Shown: in pieces, positions 9,633 to 21,119 of the stretch
Layout of the letters: each line of letters starts with the position of its first letter
Numbering within the stretch: the first letter of the stretch is position 1
Assembly: GCA_963718565.1 (NCBI GenBank)
Contig: OY970364.1
Coordinates: 320,001 to 384,000, forward strand
Length of the DNA stretch: 64,000 nt
Direction: 5' to 3'
Origin: an uncultured Verrucomicrobiae bacterium
GTDB taxonomy: Bacteria > Chlamydiota > Chlamydiia > Chlamydiales > Rhabdochlamydiaceae
The notes under the pieces: model-generated
The model's input: the letters and a program-made list of their open reading frames with translations, nothing else
Told to the model about the DNA's origin: nothing
Database searches by the model: none
Position numbers and translations under genes: made by a program

Positions 9633-10589
9633 TTACAGACGTTGGTCGATCATTTTTTCCAATTTAACATTATCTTTAGCGAAGTTGCGAATCCCTTCCG
9701 CGAGTTTGTCTGTGGCCATGGGATTTTCATTGAGCATCCAACGGAAAGTTTTTTCATCGACAACAATTTTTTCGATATTCATTTGCTGCGTGGCTTGAGA
9801 GTCGAGTTTGCGTGGGACTGAACCTTCAGCGGATTGTAATTCTAGCAAGAGCTTGGGAGCAATCGTGAGCAAATCGCAGCCGGCCAATTCTAAAATTTCA
9901 TCGGAGTTGCGGAAGCTGGCGCCCATAATCTGTGTCTTAACGCCCATTTTTTTATAATAATTATAAATTTGGGTCACGGAAATCACGCCGGGATCTCCTG
10001 CGGGTGGATAGGATTCTTTATTTTCATTTTTCTTATGCCAATCTAAAATCCGTCCGACAAAAGGGGAGACGAGCGTAGCACCGACTTGAGCAGAGGCAAT
10101 GGCTTGCCCTAAACTAAACATCAGCGTCATATTACAATGGATTCCTTCTTTTTCGAGGATCTCCGCTGCCTTCACTCCTTCCCATGTTGAGGCAAGTTTA
10201 ATTAAAATTCGTTTGCGATCGATCCCAGCAGCTTCGTAAAGAGAAATTAAATGATAAGCTTTCTTGATACTGCCTTCAACGTCGAAGGAAAGGCGGGCAT
10301 CGACCTCCGTTGAGACTCGCCCGGGAACGATTTTTAGGATTTCAATGCCAAAGTTGACAAACACTTTATCGAGGGCTTGTTCTTTGACATCTTTGCTGTT
10401 TTTACCCTTTTTTTTGCCCCATTGAACAGCTTCATCGATGAGAAACTGATAGTCAGGTTTTGAAGAAGCGGAGAAAACAAGGGAGGGGTTCGTCGTGGCA
10501 TCGGTAGGAAGATATTGTTTAATCTCTTCAAATTCTCCGGTATCCGCTACGATTGTGGTCATTTTTTTCAATTGTTCAAGTTTGTTCAT
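9633..10589 (-). CDS. tal: Transaldolase
   Basis: [46 protein letters not shown]. Start placed at MNKLEQLKK; the longer ORF runs into a MITE. Confidence 0.97.
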   Translation of the reverse strand: MNKLEQLKKMTTIVADTGEFEEIKQYLPTDATTNPSLVFSASSKPDYQFLIDEAVQWGKKKGKNSKDVKEQALDKVFVNFGIEILKIVPGRVSTEVDARLSFDVEGSIKKAYHLISLYEAAGIDRKRILIKLASTWEGVKAAEILEKEGIHCNMTLMFSLGQAIASAQVGATLVSPFVGRILDWHKKNENKESYPPAGDPGVISVTQIYNYYKKMGVKTQIMGASFRNSDEILELAGCDLLTIAPKLLLELQSAEGSVPRKLDSQATQQMNIEKIVVDEKTFRWMLNENPMATDKLAEGIRNFAKDNVKLEKMIDQRL

Positions 10590-10614
10590 GTCAAAACCTT
10601 TGATTGTTTTACTT

Positions 10615-10782
10615 AACCTGAGTTTTGGGTTCATTTTATAGTAGATTGCCGTAGATTTCGAGGCGATTTTTGCAAACTTTGGCGCGTTCAATAGCTGGAG
10701 GCACCTATAGACGCGCCAAAATTTGCGAAAAGCGCCCGAAAGGTATGGCAATCTACTATAAAAGGAACCCAAAACTCAGGTT
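10615..10782. mobile_element. Palindromic MITE (168 bp) upstream of tal
   Basis: IRs AACCTGAGTTTTGGGTTC-x-TTTTATAGTAGATTGCC. 4-bp TSD ACTT (10611-14, 10783-86). Partial copy at about 38613-38695. Confidence 0.85.
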
Positions 10783-10833
10783 ACTTAATATTAGAGCCTC
10801 TTTTCGAATTTTTTCAAGGAAATCACGCCAGAT

Positions 10834-11358
10834 TTATAACGGGAGGTGGAAGGGATTCTGCAAAGGAAAAGGATGGAGAAGTTGATCGAATTTCATCGAA
10901 AAATCTTCTGTTTTTATTGTAGAGCGGTAACCTGGAAGAATGAAAGTGATCTCTTTGTTGTTTTGCAGAGATTCAATCACGATTTTTGCCATTTCACTGG
11001 GGAGTAGAAATCGCTGTCCGCCTTCAAAGCGATAAGTTTCGCATCGAAGGATTTCCCCATCGATATTGAGTTTGAGAAAGGCGCCTTTTTGATTGCCCTG
11101 ATGAGGAGGGACTGGAACAGAGTGGACATTGAGATAGATGTTCAACCGTTCCTCTATTTTAAGAAATTCTAAATCAATTCCATGGACAGGGTCCTTAGAG
11201 AGATAGCACAATTTGGTCGAGCTAAATTCTTTTTTATCGGACTTCACTTCATCGGACGTCCAGTGGCCACGGCTCGAGCAAGCAAAAAGAAGCATAGAAA
11301 TGAAAAATAGAAAATGCAATTTTTTAATCGCTGCTTCGATGGCCATTATTGTTTGCAA
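10834..11358 (-). CDS. Hypothetical lipoprotein (start uncertain)
   Basis: Hydrophobic leader ending in a lipobox-like LFAC. Co-oriented gene cluster. Confidence 0.65.
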   Translation of the reverse strand: MQTIMAIEAAIKKLHFLFFISMLLFACSSRGHWTSDEVKSDKKEFSSTKLCYLSKDPVHGIDLEFLKIEERLNIYLNVHSVPVPPHQGNQKGAFLKLNIDGEILRCETYRFEGGQRFLLPSEMAKIVIESLQNNKEITFILPGYRSTIKTEDFSMKFDQLLHPFPLQNPFHLPL

Positions 11359-11746
11359 TCAGAATCAATGCAGTCACGGCAACAGCCACGGCTGCAGTTG
11401 CAAGTGCGATATTTTGCCATTGTCTTCTTTTAGCAGTTTTTGAACCTTCGCTGGCTGCTTGACCCACAGGAGTTCCCTCATCTTCGCTGTCTGATGGGGT
11501 GGCCTCTGGTGTTGTTGCCTCATCCGAAGAGGGTGAAATGGGAGGGGGTAGCGGGGTTGAGGAATCCTGTGGGGTGGCCTCTGGTGTTGTTGCCTCATCC
11601 GAAGAGGGTGACGGAGGGGTTAGCGGGGGTGTGGAATCTTGTGATGAATCGTATTGCGATGGAATAGACTCGTGACCCTGTGCACGAAGAGCAGGGGAAA
11701 AGGCAATGGTTGATGTGATGAGGCAAAAATTGATGAGCTTTTTCAT
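11324..11746 (-). CDS. Exported Pro/Ser/Thr-rich protein with a tandem repeat and C-terminal membrane anchor
   Basis: Signal peptide (ALRA|Q), two ~25-aa repeats (...SPSSDEATTPEATP; 75-bp period), C-terminal IALATAAVAVAVTALILIA. Confidence 0.75.
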   Translation of the reverse strand: MKKLINFCLITSTIAFSPALRAQGHESIPSQYDSSQDSTPPLTPPSPSSDEATTPEATPQDSSTPLPPPISPSSDEATTPEATPSDSEDEGTPVGQAASEGSKTAKRRQWQNIALATAAVAVAVTALILIANNNGHRSSD

Positions 11747-11758
11747 GGGAGACCGATT

Positions 11759-12577
11759 TTATTTTTGAATGAGGTGATCGCTTATTGTTTGCATCTCGGA
11801 CAAGGAAAAAAGTTTCTCGTGGGCACTTCGAAGAAATAGAATTTGCCAGAATGCTCCCATGTCGCCAAAGTTGTCCAGGACATTTTTTTGAAAAGGAGTC
11901 CAATGCTGTTCTTGAAAAGAGGAGTCTTCGAATAGATTTTTCCTTGAGGAGGGAGATTGGCTATATTTTTCAGCGGCAGTAAATAGGTCTGCCTGTTTTT
12001 GTTTTAGCATTTCTCTGCGCTCTAGCTGCGGGATATTGCCAAGCAGGTCATTGGAGAGTGTAAAGGAACGAAAGGCAGACTGAATATCTTGATAATAATT
12101 CGACATTTCTTCTTTAAGAGCTGCCGCAGTGAGGACATAAGCGTGTTTGTCCTTGATCAGGATCATTTGTAGGATTCTAATGGGCCCCCATTCTGTTGTG
12201 GAATCGATCTCTGTCAATTGGGCCAGACCTGCTGCTGTGCGTACTTTGCCCAGTGGGCGCCAATGATTATTACGGTCTTGTTCATGAATAGCTTTGACGG
12301 CTTTAAGATAGTCCGTCAAAGAAACATCTGTTTCTTCAATGGCAAGATTGATCGAAGGACAAAATCCTTTTCCGCTATTTTTAAGGAAAGCCATCTTGAC
12401 TTTTGGGGAAAGAGTTTTTGGGTCAGCGATATCCCAATGTTCGGGGGGAATGAAAAAACATTGGGTAAGACGAGCTGATTCTACGGCCTGAACGATCGAA
12501 GTGGAATGATTCTTGGAAAAAGCCCATGTTAAAAAACAGGAAGAAAGAACGATGGAAAGTAAGATTTTACAGCGCAT
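11759..12577 (-). CDS. Hypothetical exported protein (possibly PsbP/DUF1795-like fold)
   Basis: Signal peptide. PxxW, SINL and AYVLTAAA...FRSF patterns. Confidence 0.6.
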   Translation of the reverse strand: MRCKILLSIVLSSCFLTWAFSKNHSTSIVQAVESARLTQCFFIPPEHWDIADPKTLSPKVKMAFLKNSGKGFCPSINLAIEETDVSLTDYLKAVKAIHEQDRNNHWRPLGKVRTAAGLAQLTEIDSTTEWGPIRILQMILIKDKHAYVLTAAALKEEMSNYYQDIQSAFRSFTLSNDLLGNIPQLERREMLKQKQADLFTAAEKYSQSPSSRKNLFEDSSFQEQHWTPFQKNVLDNFGDMGAFWQILFLRSAHEKLFSLSEMQTISDHLIQK

Positions 12578-12600
12578 ATTCAGTTTTTTCTTGAGTTTCT

Positions 12601-12849
12601 TCAGTCACAACTTGTGTGAGAATGGCTAGCCGTGCTTTGATGCAGAACGGAAGCCAAAACTGCGATCCCTGCGGAAAGGCCGAGTCCCCACCCCAACATC
12701 GATGTGGAGATTGCAGTGAAAGCTCCATCTTCTGCACCTCCTCCAATGCGCCAGATTGACTCCGAATCTTTTTTCCACCGGTCAAGTTCATCGGAGAAAC
12801 TAAGAGAGGGTAAAACGAGAAGTGTAAAAGCGATCAGTAATCTTTTCAT
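12601..12849 (-). CDS. Small hypothetical exported/membrane protein
   Basis: GGAG RBS before MKRLLIAF. Signal peptide plus a C-terminal TM segment. Confidence 0.65.
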   Translation of the reverse strand: MKRLLIAFTLLVLPSLSFSDELDRWKKDSESIWRIGGGAEDGAFTAISTSMLGWGLGLSAGIAVLASVLHQSTASHSHTSCD

Positions 12850-13117
12850 GGAATGCTCCACCTTTAGCAAGAAAAAAGAAGTAACTGCTCATTATCTCAG
12901 ACGGCCGACTTTTCTTGCAATTTTTTTTGGAGTCTTGCCCTCATGAACGCGCACTTTTTTTTTTATTTATAAATATGGCGATTTTGCATTGAAAAATATC
13001 CACCTAATGTCAATAACTTAACGTGTGATGTATTGAGCATGCGTTCAAGAAAACAGATGTTATACCGGAACGACATGAACCCGGGCCTTAAGGCCTGGAT
13101 TGCCCGACGGAGGGGGG

Positions 13118-13747
13118 ATGAAAGGAACAGAATCAGGGAAAGATAAAGTTAAAAAGATCTGCGACATTCTGCGGCGAGAAACATTGGAGCCAGCTGGAAT
13201 GGAAGCGGAACAAATTATTCGTGCTGCTAAAGAGCAGGCCGACCAAATTGTTGCGGCTGCACATCAAGAAGTGGAGAAGATTCATCGTGAAGCGCTCCAA
13301 GATATCGAACTCCAAAGAAATGTTTTTCAGTCTTCTCTGGGTCAAGCTTGTAAACAAGCAGTTGCGGCATTGAAGCAGGGCATTGAGGAAAAATTATTCA
13401 ATCAAGAGCTTGGCCGTTTGATGACAAAGCATATGCAAGATCCAAAAGTGTTGGCACAAATGATCACTGCGGTTGTTAAAGGGATTGAAAAAGAAGGAAT
13501 TGAAGCAGATTTAAGCGTTTATATTCCTGCTGCTACTCCAGCACGCGCTGTTAATATGCTTTTAGCGCATGAGATTTTGGAAAAACTTAAAGAAAAGAGT
13601 GTTCTCGTCGGTCCTTTAACTGGAGGAATCGAAATCAAGTTGCTTAAAGAGAATATGACAATCGATATCTCTGATGCTGCTTTAAAAGAGCTTGTCGCAA
13701 ATTATATCCGCAAGGATTTCCGCGAGCTGATTTTCGAGTCGGTTTAG
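13118..13747 (+). CDS. atpE: V-type ATP synthase subunit E
   Basis: GKDKVKKICDILRRETLEPA coiled coil. First gene of the chlamydial V-ATPase operon. GGAGG RBS. Confidence 0.9.
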   Translation: MKGTESGKDKVKKICDILRRETLEPAGMEAEQIIRAAKEQADQIVAAAHQEVEKIHREALQDIELQRNVFQSSLGQACKQAVAALKQGIEEKLFNQELGRLMTKHMQDPKVLAQMITAVVKGIEKEGIEADLSVYIPAATPARAVNMLLAHEILEKLKEKSVLVGPLTGGIEIKLLKENMTIDISDAALKELVANYIRKDFRELIFESV

Positions 13748-13778
13748 ATTTTTAAAGTTTTTAAGCGGACTTGCTTAT

Positions 13779-14552
13779 ATGCGTAACTACTATTTCGTCG
13801 TCCCTTCCTTGCCTCCTTTGGCCCTGCATGAACGACCTGAAATAACTTTCGAAGAACTGATGGGAAGGCTTGAAATCAATTTAAGCAAGCAGGATTTAGA
13901 AAAGACGGTTGTCTTAAGACGTTTTGTCGACATTTATAATATTCGCTCTCTCTTAATGGAAGAACCTGTTGACCCCAGAGGAAATTTAAATCAAAAAGAG
14001 CTCGATGAAGCTTTGCTTGTCCACGCTGTCCTTCCTGATTATGTTTTTGATTTCTTAGATCAGTTTGAGAAAGTCATAGACAAGATCAGGAATTTTCATG
14101 GATTGCTCGCCCGGTTTTTTAACGAGGAGATTCCAAGGCAAAAAGGGTTTTTGCGCAACTATCTTATTTTTGAAAGAGAGTGTCGGCTTGTTCTTCTTGC
14201 GTTAAGGGCAAAGCAATTGAGCCGCGATGTCGCTAAAGAATTGCAATTTGAAGATCCCACTGATCCCATCGTTGCGCATATTCTTGCTCAGAAAGATTCT
14301 GAAATTTACGAACCTCCTCCTGAATACGCTGAGCTCAAAGAGTTGATCGCTTCCTGTTATGCTGATCCTTTAGCTGAACATAGGGTATTTGCAGAATATC
14401 GATTTCGCAAAATTGCCGAACTTGCTGAAAACAGACTTTTTACGATCGACCAAATCCTCTGTTATATGGCTCAATTGATGATTATTGAGAGCATGAATGA
14501 GCTGGATATAGAGCGAGGGAATATGGTTTTGGAAACATTTACAAGCGGATAA
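13779..14552 (+). CDS. V-type ATPase operon protein (DUF2764, subunit C-like)
   Basis: YYFVVPSLPPL N-terminus. Lies between subunits E and A, as in chlamydiae and spirochetes. Confidence 0.8.
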   Translation: MRNYYFVVPSLPPLALHERPEITFEELMGRLEINLSKQDLEKTVVLRRFVDIYNIRSLLMEEPVDPRGNLNQKELDEALLVHAVLPDYVFDFLDQFEKVIDKIRNFHGLLARFFNEEIPRQKGFLRNYLIFERECRLVLLALRAKQLSRDVAKELQFEDPTDPIVAHILAQKDSEIYEPPPEYAELKELIASCYADPLAEHRVFAEYRFRKIAELAENRLFTIDQILCYMAQLMIIESMNELDIERGNMVLETFTSG

Positions 14553-14561
14553 AAAAGAACA

Positions 14562-16364
14562 ATGAAAGAAGCTTCATACATCACTCAAAAACAAGTAGCG
14601 ACAGGAAAAGTCATTAAGGCTTTTGGAAACCTCTTGCATGTCCAATTTGAAGGCGATATCCATCAAGGGGAAGTCTCGATGGTGCGGATCGGGGGCGGGG
14701 TCTCATTAAAGGCTGAGGTGATTGAAATCGTCGGGGATGTGGCTAAAATTCAGGTTTTCGAAGACACGCGTGGTGTTCGTCTCAATACCTCTGTCGAGTT
14801 TACTACTCACTTACTGGAGGCGGAATTAGGACCTGGATTGCTCACTTCGATTTTTGATGGGCTGCAGAACCCGCTAGAAAAAGTCGCAGATGCAACTGGG
14901 TTGTTCCTTTCCCGAGGAGTTTACATCCCTCCGCTCGATCGCTCGCGCCATTGGGATTTCCATCCCACAGTTAAACCTGGCGACGTTGTTCGACGAGGCA
15001 GTTATCTCGGTTACACGATGGAAGGCCGTTTCCATCATCAGATCATGGTCCCCTTCACCTCGTTTGATGGATACACGATAAACTGGGTCATCAAACCGGG
15101 TTCTTACACAATAGAGACAGTCGTTGCAAGAGGCGTAGACAATAAGGGCGAAGAACACCACTTCACCATGATGCAAAAATGGGCAGTGAAAATGCCTCTT
15201 TTCGAAGGAGAAAGGGTCAAAGCCTCTCGAATGATGGATATTGGGATGCGGATCATCGATACCCAGTTTCCTGTTCTTAAAGGCGGGACATTTTGCGCCC
15301 CTGGGCCATTTGGTGCAGGCAAGACAGTCTTGCAGCATCATCTGTCTAAATATTCTTCTGTCGATATTGTCGTTGTCGTCGCATGTGGAGAGCGCGCAGG
15401 CGAAGTGGTTGAGGTTCTTCGCAGTTTCCCTCACTTGACCGACCCGCATACTAACGAGCCGTTGATGCATCGCACAGTGATGATCTGCAACACCTCATCG
15501 ATGCCAGTTGCTGCCCGTGAAGCTTCTATCTACATGGGAGCAACGATTGCGGAATACTATCGTCAAATGGGGCTCGACGTTTTGTTGCTTGCCGATTCCA
15601 CTTCTCGCTGGGCACAAGCGATGCGTGAAATGTCGGGACGCTTAGAAGAAATTCCTGGTGAAGAGGCTTTCCCTGCCTATTTAGCTTCGCGGATTGCCGC
15701 TTTCTATGAACGAGCTGGAGTTGTTCTCCTTAAGGATGGAAAATATGGTTCAGTGACCATTGGAGGAACTGTATCTCCAGCAGGTGGAAATTTTGAAGAG
15801 CCGGTCACTCAGGCCACGCTCTCGGTTGTCGGAGCCTTTCATGGGCTATCGCGTGCGCGGTCGGATGCGAGGCGCTATCCAGCTGTCGATCCGCTCATTT
15901 CCTGGAGCAAGTACATCGATGATGTGAGTCGAGAACTGGAGGAGCGCGTTGCCGGATGGGGAAAAATGGTCAAAAAAGCAGCTAAGATTTTGCGCGAAGG
16001 CGATGAGATTGGTAAAAGGATGGAAGTTGTTGGCGAAGAAGGCGTTTCTTTAGCGGATATGATCACTTTTTTGAAATCGGAGCTCTATGAGTTCTGCTAT
16101 CTTCAGCAAAATGCCTTTGATAAAGAAGATTCCTATTGTCCATTGACAAGGCAAATTCCTTTATTCCAATTGACCAACCTAATTTTTGATATGAATTTTA
16201 ACTTTGATTCGCACGATGAAGCGCGCAGCTTCTTTTTAGAATTACAAAATGAAATGAAGAACATGAATTTCACGCCATTTAAATCCGCAAGATATGAGCA
16301 AACCTTTGGACATATTGAAAAGAAACTCGAAATAGCCGCAAGCAAAGAAAAGGTGAAGCGATGA
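14562..16364 (+). CDS. atpA: V-type ATP synthase subunit A
   Basis: [10 protein letters not shown]-loop, [30 protein letters not shown]. Confidence 0.97.
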   Translation: MKEASYITQKQVATGKVIKAFGNLLHVQFEGDIHQGEVSMVRIGGGVSLKAEVIEIVGDVAKIQVFEDTRGVRLNTSVEFTTHLLEAELGPGLLTSIFDGLQNPLEKVADATGLFLSRGVYIPPLDRSRHWDFHPTVKPGDVVRRGSYLGYTMEGRFHHQIMVPFTSFDGYTINWVIKPGSYTIETVVARGVDNKGEEHHFTMMQKWAVKMPLFEGERVKASRMMDIGMRIIDTQFPVLKGGTFCAPGPFGAGKTVLQHHLSKYSSVDIVVVVACGERAGEVVEVLRSFPHLTDPHTNEPLMHRTVMICNTSSMPVAAREASIYMGATIAEYYRQMGLDVLLLADSTSRWAQAMREMSGRLEEIPGEEAFPAYLASRIAAFYERAGVVLLKDGKYGSVTIGGTVSPAGGNFEEPVTQATLSVVGAFHGLSRARSDARRYPAVDPLISWSKYIDDVSRELEERVAGWGKMVKKAAKILREGDEIGKRMEVVGEEGVSLADMITFLKSELYEFCYLQQNAFDKEDSYCPLTRQIPLFQLTNLIFDMNFNFDSHDEARSFFLELQNEMKNMNFTPFKSARYEQTFGHIEKKLEIAASKEKVKR

Positions 16365-17671
16365 AGAAAGTTTACGATAGAATCGTCGATATGCGAGGAA
16401 ACTTAATCACTGTCATCGCTCAAGGTGTCAGCCTTGGAGAGCTTGCTCGCGTGCATAAGCGCAACGGACGTTCCACTTATGCATCCGTGTTGCGTATCGA
16501 TGGCGATGTCGTCACCTTGCAATGTTTTGAAAACACTCGCGGGATTGCCACCAATGATCGGGTGACTTTCTTAGGAAGACAGATGCAAGCTGTTTACAGC
16601 GATGCCTTGCTAGGCCGCCGTTTAAATGGAGCTGGCGAACCTATCGATTCAGGTCCGGTAATCATGGGTGAACACATCGAGATCGGGGCGCCTTCTTTTA
16701 ATCCTGTCCGCCGGATCGTTCCACGTGATCTCGTACGGACAAATATCCCGATGATCGATGTGTTTAATTGTCTTGTCAAATCACAGAAGATTCCAATCTT
16801 TTCCATTGCTGGGGAGCCTTACAACGCCCTGTTAATGCGCATTGCCAATCAAACAAATGCAGACGTTGTGATTATCGGAGGAATGGGCTTGCGTTTCGAC
16901 GATTATCAGGCATTTATCGACAATGCAGAAAAGGCGGGTTCCTTAAATAAAACGATCATGTTCATTCATCGTGCGACAGATCCTGCCGTGGAATGTCTCT
17001 TAGTTCCTGATATGGCTTTGGCCTGTGCTGAGCAATTTGCTGTCCAAGATAAGAACGTCCTTGTTCTCTTGACAGACATGACGGCTTTTGCAGATGCGAT
17101 CAAAGAAATCATGATTACTATGGATCAGGTCCCGTCTAATCGCGGCTATCCTGGTTCGCTTTATTCCGATCTTGCTTCGCGCTATGAGAAAGCAGTCGAT
17201 ATTGATGGCAGCGGCTCGATTACGATCATTTCTGTGACGACGATGCCAGGCGGCGATGTCACGCACCCCGTTCCCGACAACACAGGCTACATCACAGAAG
17301 GACAATTCTACCTTCATGGCGGACGCATCGATCCGTTCGGTTCACTCTCCCGTTTGAAACAGCAGGTGATCGGAAAGGTGACGCGTGAGGATCATGGCGA
17401 CATTGCTAATGCACAGATCCGCCTCTATGCCGATTCCATGAAGGCGCGTGAGCGCAAAAGCATGGGCTTCCGTCTTTCGCGTTGGGATGAAAAGCTATTG
17501 CATTTTTCCCATCTGTTTGAAGACCGGATGATGAACTTACAAGTCAATCTAGCGCTAGAGGCTGCTCTCGACCTCGGATGGGGAACGCTGGCGGAATGTT
17601 TCGAAAAACATGAGGTCGGGATCAAACAAACTCTCATCGATAAATATTGGCCAAAATCTTTAGGGGAATAA
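16361..17671 (+). CDS. atpB: V-type ATP synthase subunit B
   Basis: [44 protein letters not shown]. Confidence 0.97.
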   Translation: MKKVYDRIVDMRGNLITVIAQGVSLGELARVHKRNGRSTYASVLRIDGDVVTLQCFENTRGIATNDRVTFLGRQMQAVYSDALLGRRLNGAGEPIDSGPVIMGEHIEIGAPSFNPVRRIVPRDLVRTNIPMIDVFNCLVKSQKIPIFSIAGEPYNALLMRIANQTNADVVIIGGMGLRFDDYQAFIDNAEKAGSLNKTIMFIHRATDPAVECLLVPDMALACAEQFAVQDKNVLVLLTDMTAFADAIKEIMITMDQVPSNRGYPGSLYSDLASRYEKAVDIDGSGSITIISVTTMPGGDVTHPVPDNTGYITEGQFYLHGGRIDPFGSLSRLKQQVIGKVTREDHGDIANAQIRLYADSMKARERKSMGFRLSRWDEKLLHFSHLFEDRMMNLQVNLALEAALDLGWGTLAECFEKHEVGIKQTLIDKYWPKSLGE

Positions 17672-17678
17672 GAGTGAA

Positions 17679-18293
17679 ATGGCTGAGGTAAAGTTTACCA
17701 AAACAGAATTGCGAGCCCAACAGCTTAAGCTCGATCGTCTGCGCAAATATCTTCCGACTCTACAGCTTAAAAAGGCAATGTTGCAGGTCGAAGTGAATCA
17801 AGCTCAAATAGAAATTGAGGCCCTGATGGGCGAATTCGCACTTTCTCAGGAAAAAGTCGGTAAATTCTCCGTACTGTTAACGGAGCGCAGCGCACCAGAC
17901 CTTTTTTCTGCGGTAAAAGTGCGCCAAGTTGACCGAATTCATGAAAACGTGGCAGGTGTAGAGATTCCGATTTTTGAACGGGTGATTTTCGAGCTGCCGA
18001 CTTATTCTCTTTTCGATACCCCAGTATGGTTTGAGTCGGCGATTCTTGGGATTAAAGAATTAATTATTGTCCGTGAAAAAATCAAAATCGTTCAAGAAAA
18101 AAAGCATGCTCTTGAAAAAGAACTTCGTGAGGTTTCCATCCGCGTTAATCTTTTTGAAAAAATCCTGATTCCGCGAGCTCAAGAAAATATCAAGAAAATT
18201 AAAATCTTCCTCGGCGATCAGCAGCTTGCTGCTGTTTCACAGGCCAAGGTTGCAAAGAAGAAAATCCTCTTAAGGTCACGAGGTAGGGAATGA
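17679..18293 (+). CDS. atpD: V-type ATP synthase subunit D
   Basis: LPTLQLKK, RVNLFEKILIP. Confidence 0.95.
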   Translation: MAEVKFTKTELRAQQLKLDRLRKYLPTLQLKKAMLQVEVNQAQIEIEALMGEFALSQEKVGKFSVLLTERSAPDLFSAVKVRQVDRIHENVAGVEIPIFERVIFELPTYSLFDTPVWFESAILGIKELIIVREKIKIVQEKKHALEKELREVSIRVNLFEKILIPRAQENIKKIKIFLGDQQLAAVSQAKVAKKKILLRSRGRE

Positions 18294-20221
18294 TCATCGA
18301 CGTAAAAAAATATCTCATCCTCGGTGCTAAAGAAGAGATCGATCAGTTTTTTAGCAGAGCGCAGCATCAAGGAGTCATCGAATTCATTTCTCCTCATGGT
18401 AAAAAACTGATTGAAGTTCCCCTTGAGATTCAGCAACTCCTGAATGCGATGAAGATCTTGCGCAAACTTCCCATCAAGAAACCTTATGAAGGCGAGATGG
18501 ACCTTCAATACGCTGATGAGACAGCGCAAAAAATCATCAACCTTAAAGCTGAAGTCGAGCGACTCTCTGAAGAAAAACGCCTCCTTGAAGCCGAAATCGT
18601 CCGTGTCACCCCATTTGGAGATTTTTCTCTTGAAGATATTGACTATATCGAACGTAAGGGCAAATGCGAAATTCAATTCTTTTGCATGAAAACAGCTAAA
18701 TCCCATCCCGCTGATCTCGGAGATGAGGTCATTTATATTGCCAGTGATTACGATCTGGACTATTTCATTGCAATCAATAAAGAGCTTCGCAGTTATCCTG
18801 ATATGATTGAAATGCGCATTGACAGGCCGCTTGGCGAGCTCCAAATGCATCTGGGCTTTGTTAAAGAATCTCTTCATCAGATTGAAGCGGAATTGAAAGG
18901 GTTTGCTGGACATTTGGATTTTCTTCACGAAGCGCTAGTCGAGCGGCTCAATGATTACAATCTCATTGCGGCAAAGAAAGAGGTGACCTATCCTCTGGAA
19001 AATTCATTATTCGCCATCGAAGCCTGGGTTCCTTCCAATAAAATAGCTGTTCTTTACGGGATTATCGACGGAATGGCAATTCACTGTGAACCGATCTTAA
19101 TCGAAGAAGCCGATCGGGTTCCCACTTATATGGAAAATAAAGGGCCTCCACGCATTGGAGAGGACCTCGTTAAGATTTATGATACTCCTGCGACGACAGA
19201 CCGCGACCCTTCAGGATGGGTCTTCTGGTTCTTTGCCCTATTTTTTGCCATGATTGTCGCCGACGGCGGATATGGCTTAATGTATTTAGGATTGTGCATC
19301 TATCTCCGATTCAAATACCCTAATCTCCGGGGAAGCGCGAAACGGTTCTTGCAGCTCGCGACAATTCTTTCTGTTTCCTGTGTGATTTGGGGGATTTTAA
19401 CCTCAGCATTTTTTGGTCTTGAGATCAGTCCCAAAAGCTGGCTCGGTAAGCTTTCGGTGATCCAATATCTTGCTGTCAAAAAAGCGGACTACCATCTTGC
19501 CCAGCACGATGACGTCTATCAATTTTGGGTCTCAAAATTCAGCAATCTTGCGCAGGTAACCTCAGGCCAGGAATTCCTCGATACAGCTGTTGTTAAAAAA
19601 GGCCATCACTTGAGCTATGAGGTTCTCAACGCCTTTTCCGATAGCATCCTTCTCGAATTTTCTTTGATGATCGGAGTGATTCATATCTCGCTCTCCTTGT
19701 TACGCTATCTGGGACGCCATTGGGCGGGGATTGGATGGGTGACGTTCATGATCGGCGCCTATATGTATTTTCCTTTAATCCTCAAGGCCACTTCTTTGAT
19801 CCATTTTGTAGGGATTGTCGATAAGCCGATGGGAGAAGCGATTGGACTCCAACTCATCTATACAGGCATTGCGATCGCACTTTTCTTGGCACTTTTACAA
19901 AAACGGCTTAAGGGAATTGGCGAAGTGGCCACTCTGATTCAGGTCTTTGCCGATGTCCTTTCCTACTTGCGTCTCTATGCATTGGGACTGGCAGGTGCCA
20001 TCATGGCGGAAACTTTTAATGAAATCGGGATCAGCGTCGGGCTTTTCCTCGGCGTCCTCGTCATCCTAGTTGGGCATAGCGTGAATATTATGTTAGGAAT
20101 TATGGCTGGAATGATCCATGGGCTTCGTCTTAATTTCATAGAATGGTATCATTATTGCTTTGATGGAGGAGGACGTCTTTTTCATCCATTAATGCGATTA
20201 AAAGCCAAAGAACATATTTAA
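18290..20221 (+). CDS. atpI: V-type ATP synthase subunit I (a)
   Basis: FFAMIVADGGYG, DVLSYLRLYALGLA, HGLRLNFIEW. Confidence 0.95.
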   Translation: MIIDVKKYLILGAKEEIDQFFSRAQHQGVIEFISPHGKKLIEVPLEIQQLLNAMKILRKLPIKKPYEGEMDLQYADETAQKIINLKAEVERLSEEKRLLEAEIVRVTPFGDFSLEDIDYIERKGKCEIQFFCMKTAKSHPADLGDEVIYIASDYDLDYFIAINKELRSYPDMIEMRIDRPLGELQMHLGFVKESLHQIEAELKGFAGHLDFLHEALVERLNDYNLIAAKKEVTYPLENSLFAIEAWVPSNKIAVLYGIIDGMAIHCEPILIEEADRVPTYMENKGPPRIGEDLVKIYDTPATTDRDPSGWVFWFFALFFAMIVADGGYGLMYLGLCIYLRFKYPNLRGSAKRFLQLATILSVSCVIWGILTSAFFGLEISPKSWLGKLSVIQYLAVKKADYHLAQHDDVYQFWVSKFSNLAQVTSGQEFLDTAVVKKGHHLSYEVLNAFSDSILLEFSLMIGVIHISLSLLRYLGRHWAGIGWVTFMIGAYMYFPLILKATSLIHFVGIVDKPMGEAIGLQLIYTGIAIALFLALLQKRLKGIGEVATLIQVFADVLSYLRLYALGLAGAIMAETFNEIGISVGLFLGVLVILVGHSVNIMLGIMAGMIHGLRLNFIEWYHYCFDGGGRLFHPLMRLKAKEHI

Positions 20222-20247
20222 TAGTTATTTATTTAGGAGATCTCAAT

Positions 20248-20670
20248 ATGGATTTTAGTATGATAGGGCCCGCACTGGTGCTAGGGCTCGGCTGCGTTGG
20301 AAGTTCCATCGGTTGTGGAATTAGCGGGATGGCTTCACATGCAGCGATGAGCCGAGTGGAAGAGAATCATGGTAAATTTATCGGCATGTCTGCCGTTTCT
20401 TCTTCTCAGGCTATTTTTGGTTTTGTCCTTATGCTCTTGATGAAAAACAGCATTGCGGCCGGAACCCTTTCCCCCCTATCTGGAATTGGCATCGGATTCT
20501 CCGTTGGGCTCGCGCTTCTTTTTTCTTCGATCTATCAAGGAAAATGCGCTGCGACAGGCATTCAGGCAGCCGCAAAGCAACCCGCAATCATCGGTAAATG
20601 TTTCGCAGCCCTTGGCATTGTCGAATCTTTTTCGCTGTTTGCTTTTGTCTTCGCATTGCTCTTGATCTAA
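20248..20670 (+). CDS. atpK: V-type ATP synthase subunit K (proteolipid), copy 1
   Basis: Four TM helices; GIVESF carries the essential Glu; SSQAIFG. Confidence 0.93.
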   Translation: MDFSMIGPALVLGLGCVGSSIGCGISGMASHAAMSRVEENHGKFIGMSAVSSSQAIFGFVLMLLMKNSIAAGTLSPLSGIGIGFSVGLALLFSSIYQGKCAATGIQAAAKQPAIIGKCFAALGIVESFSLFAFVFALLLI

Positions 20671-20694
20671 GAATCAGTCCACAAACCTGTTACT

Positions 20695-20979
20695 TTGATT
20701 TTTGATGACTTCCTTGTATATTCTAAGGAGATCTCCTGCACAAATTGCAACCATGCACACTATGAACAAGAGGATGGAACTGAACGCATTGTTTACAGCC
20801 ATAAAATGTTCAATGTGGGCATCGTGCATCCGACAGAGAACATATTCATTCCACTCAACAGTATGTGTGAAATAGATCCCAAAACAGAAAAAGTGCTTCA
20901 TCGGTTCGAATATGTTACAAGTCTTACGGTGAAGGATAGCAATAGATCAGCAATGGAATTTACTCGAGTAAGCACCTGA
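20695..20979 (+). CDS. Possible small hypothetical protein between the two atpK copies
   Basis: 94-codon ORF with a TTG start and a CxxC. An overlapping antisense ORF (20674-20901) is an alternative. Confidence 0.25.
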   Translation: MIFDDFLVYSKEISCTNCNHAHYEQEDGTERIVYSHKMFNVGIVHPTENIFIPLNSMCEIDPKTEKVLHRFEYVTSLTVKDSNRSAMEFTRVST

Positions 20980-21119
20980 GAAGAGCTGTATACAGCTGCC
21001 TTAAAGGCTCTAGAGGATTCAGAGTTGTTTGTGTATAAATTCCTTTCGGTATATCATCAAATCTTTTGATAAAAATTCACATCTTTTGATCGAAGATGGA
21101 TGTATCAGGAGGAGCCTCT

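Noticed and set aside
10590..10772. 61-aa N-terminal extension of transaldolase
   Set aside because: The frame runs through the 168-bp MITE; the family N-terminus begins at MNKLEQLKK.
14874..18928. Antisense ORFs inside the V-ATPase genes (similar ones occur in uvrA, valS and pknD)
   Set aside because: Shadow frames of well-supported genes.
13118..20670. Missing V-ATPase F and G subunits
   Set aside because: This is the normal chlamydial operon composition.
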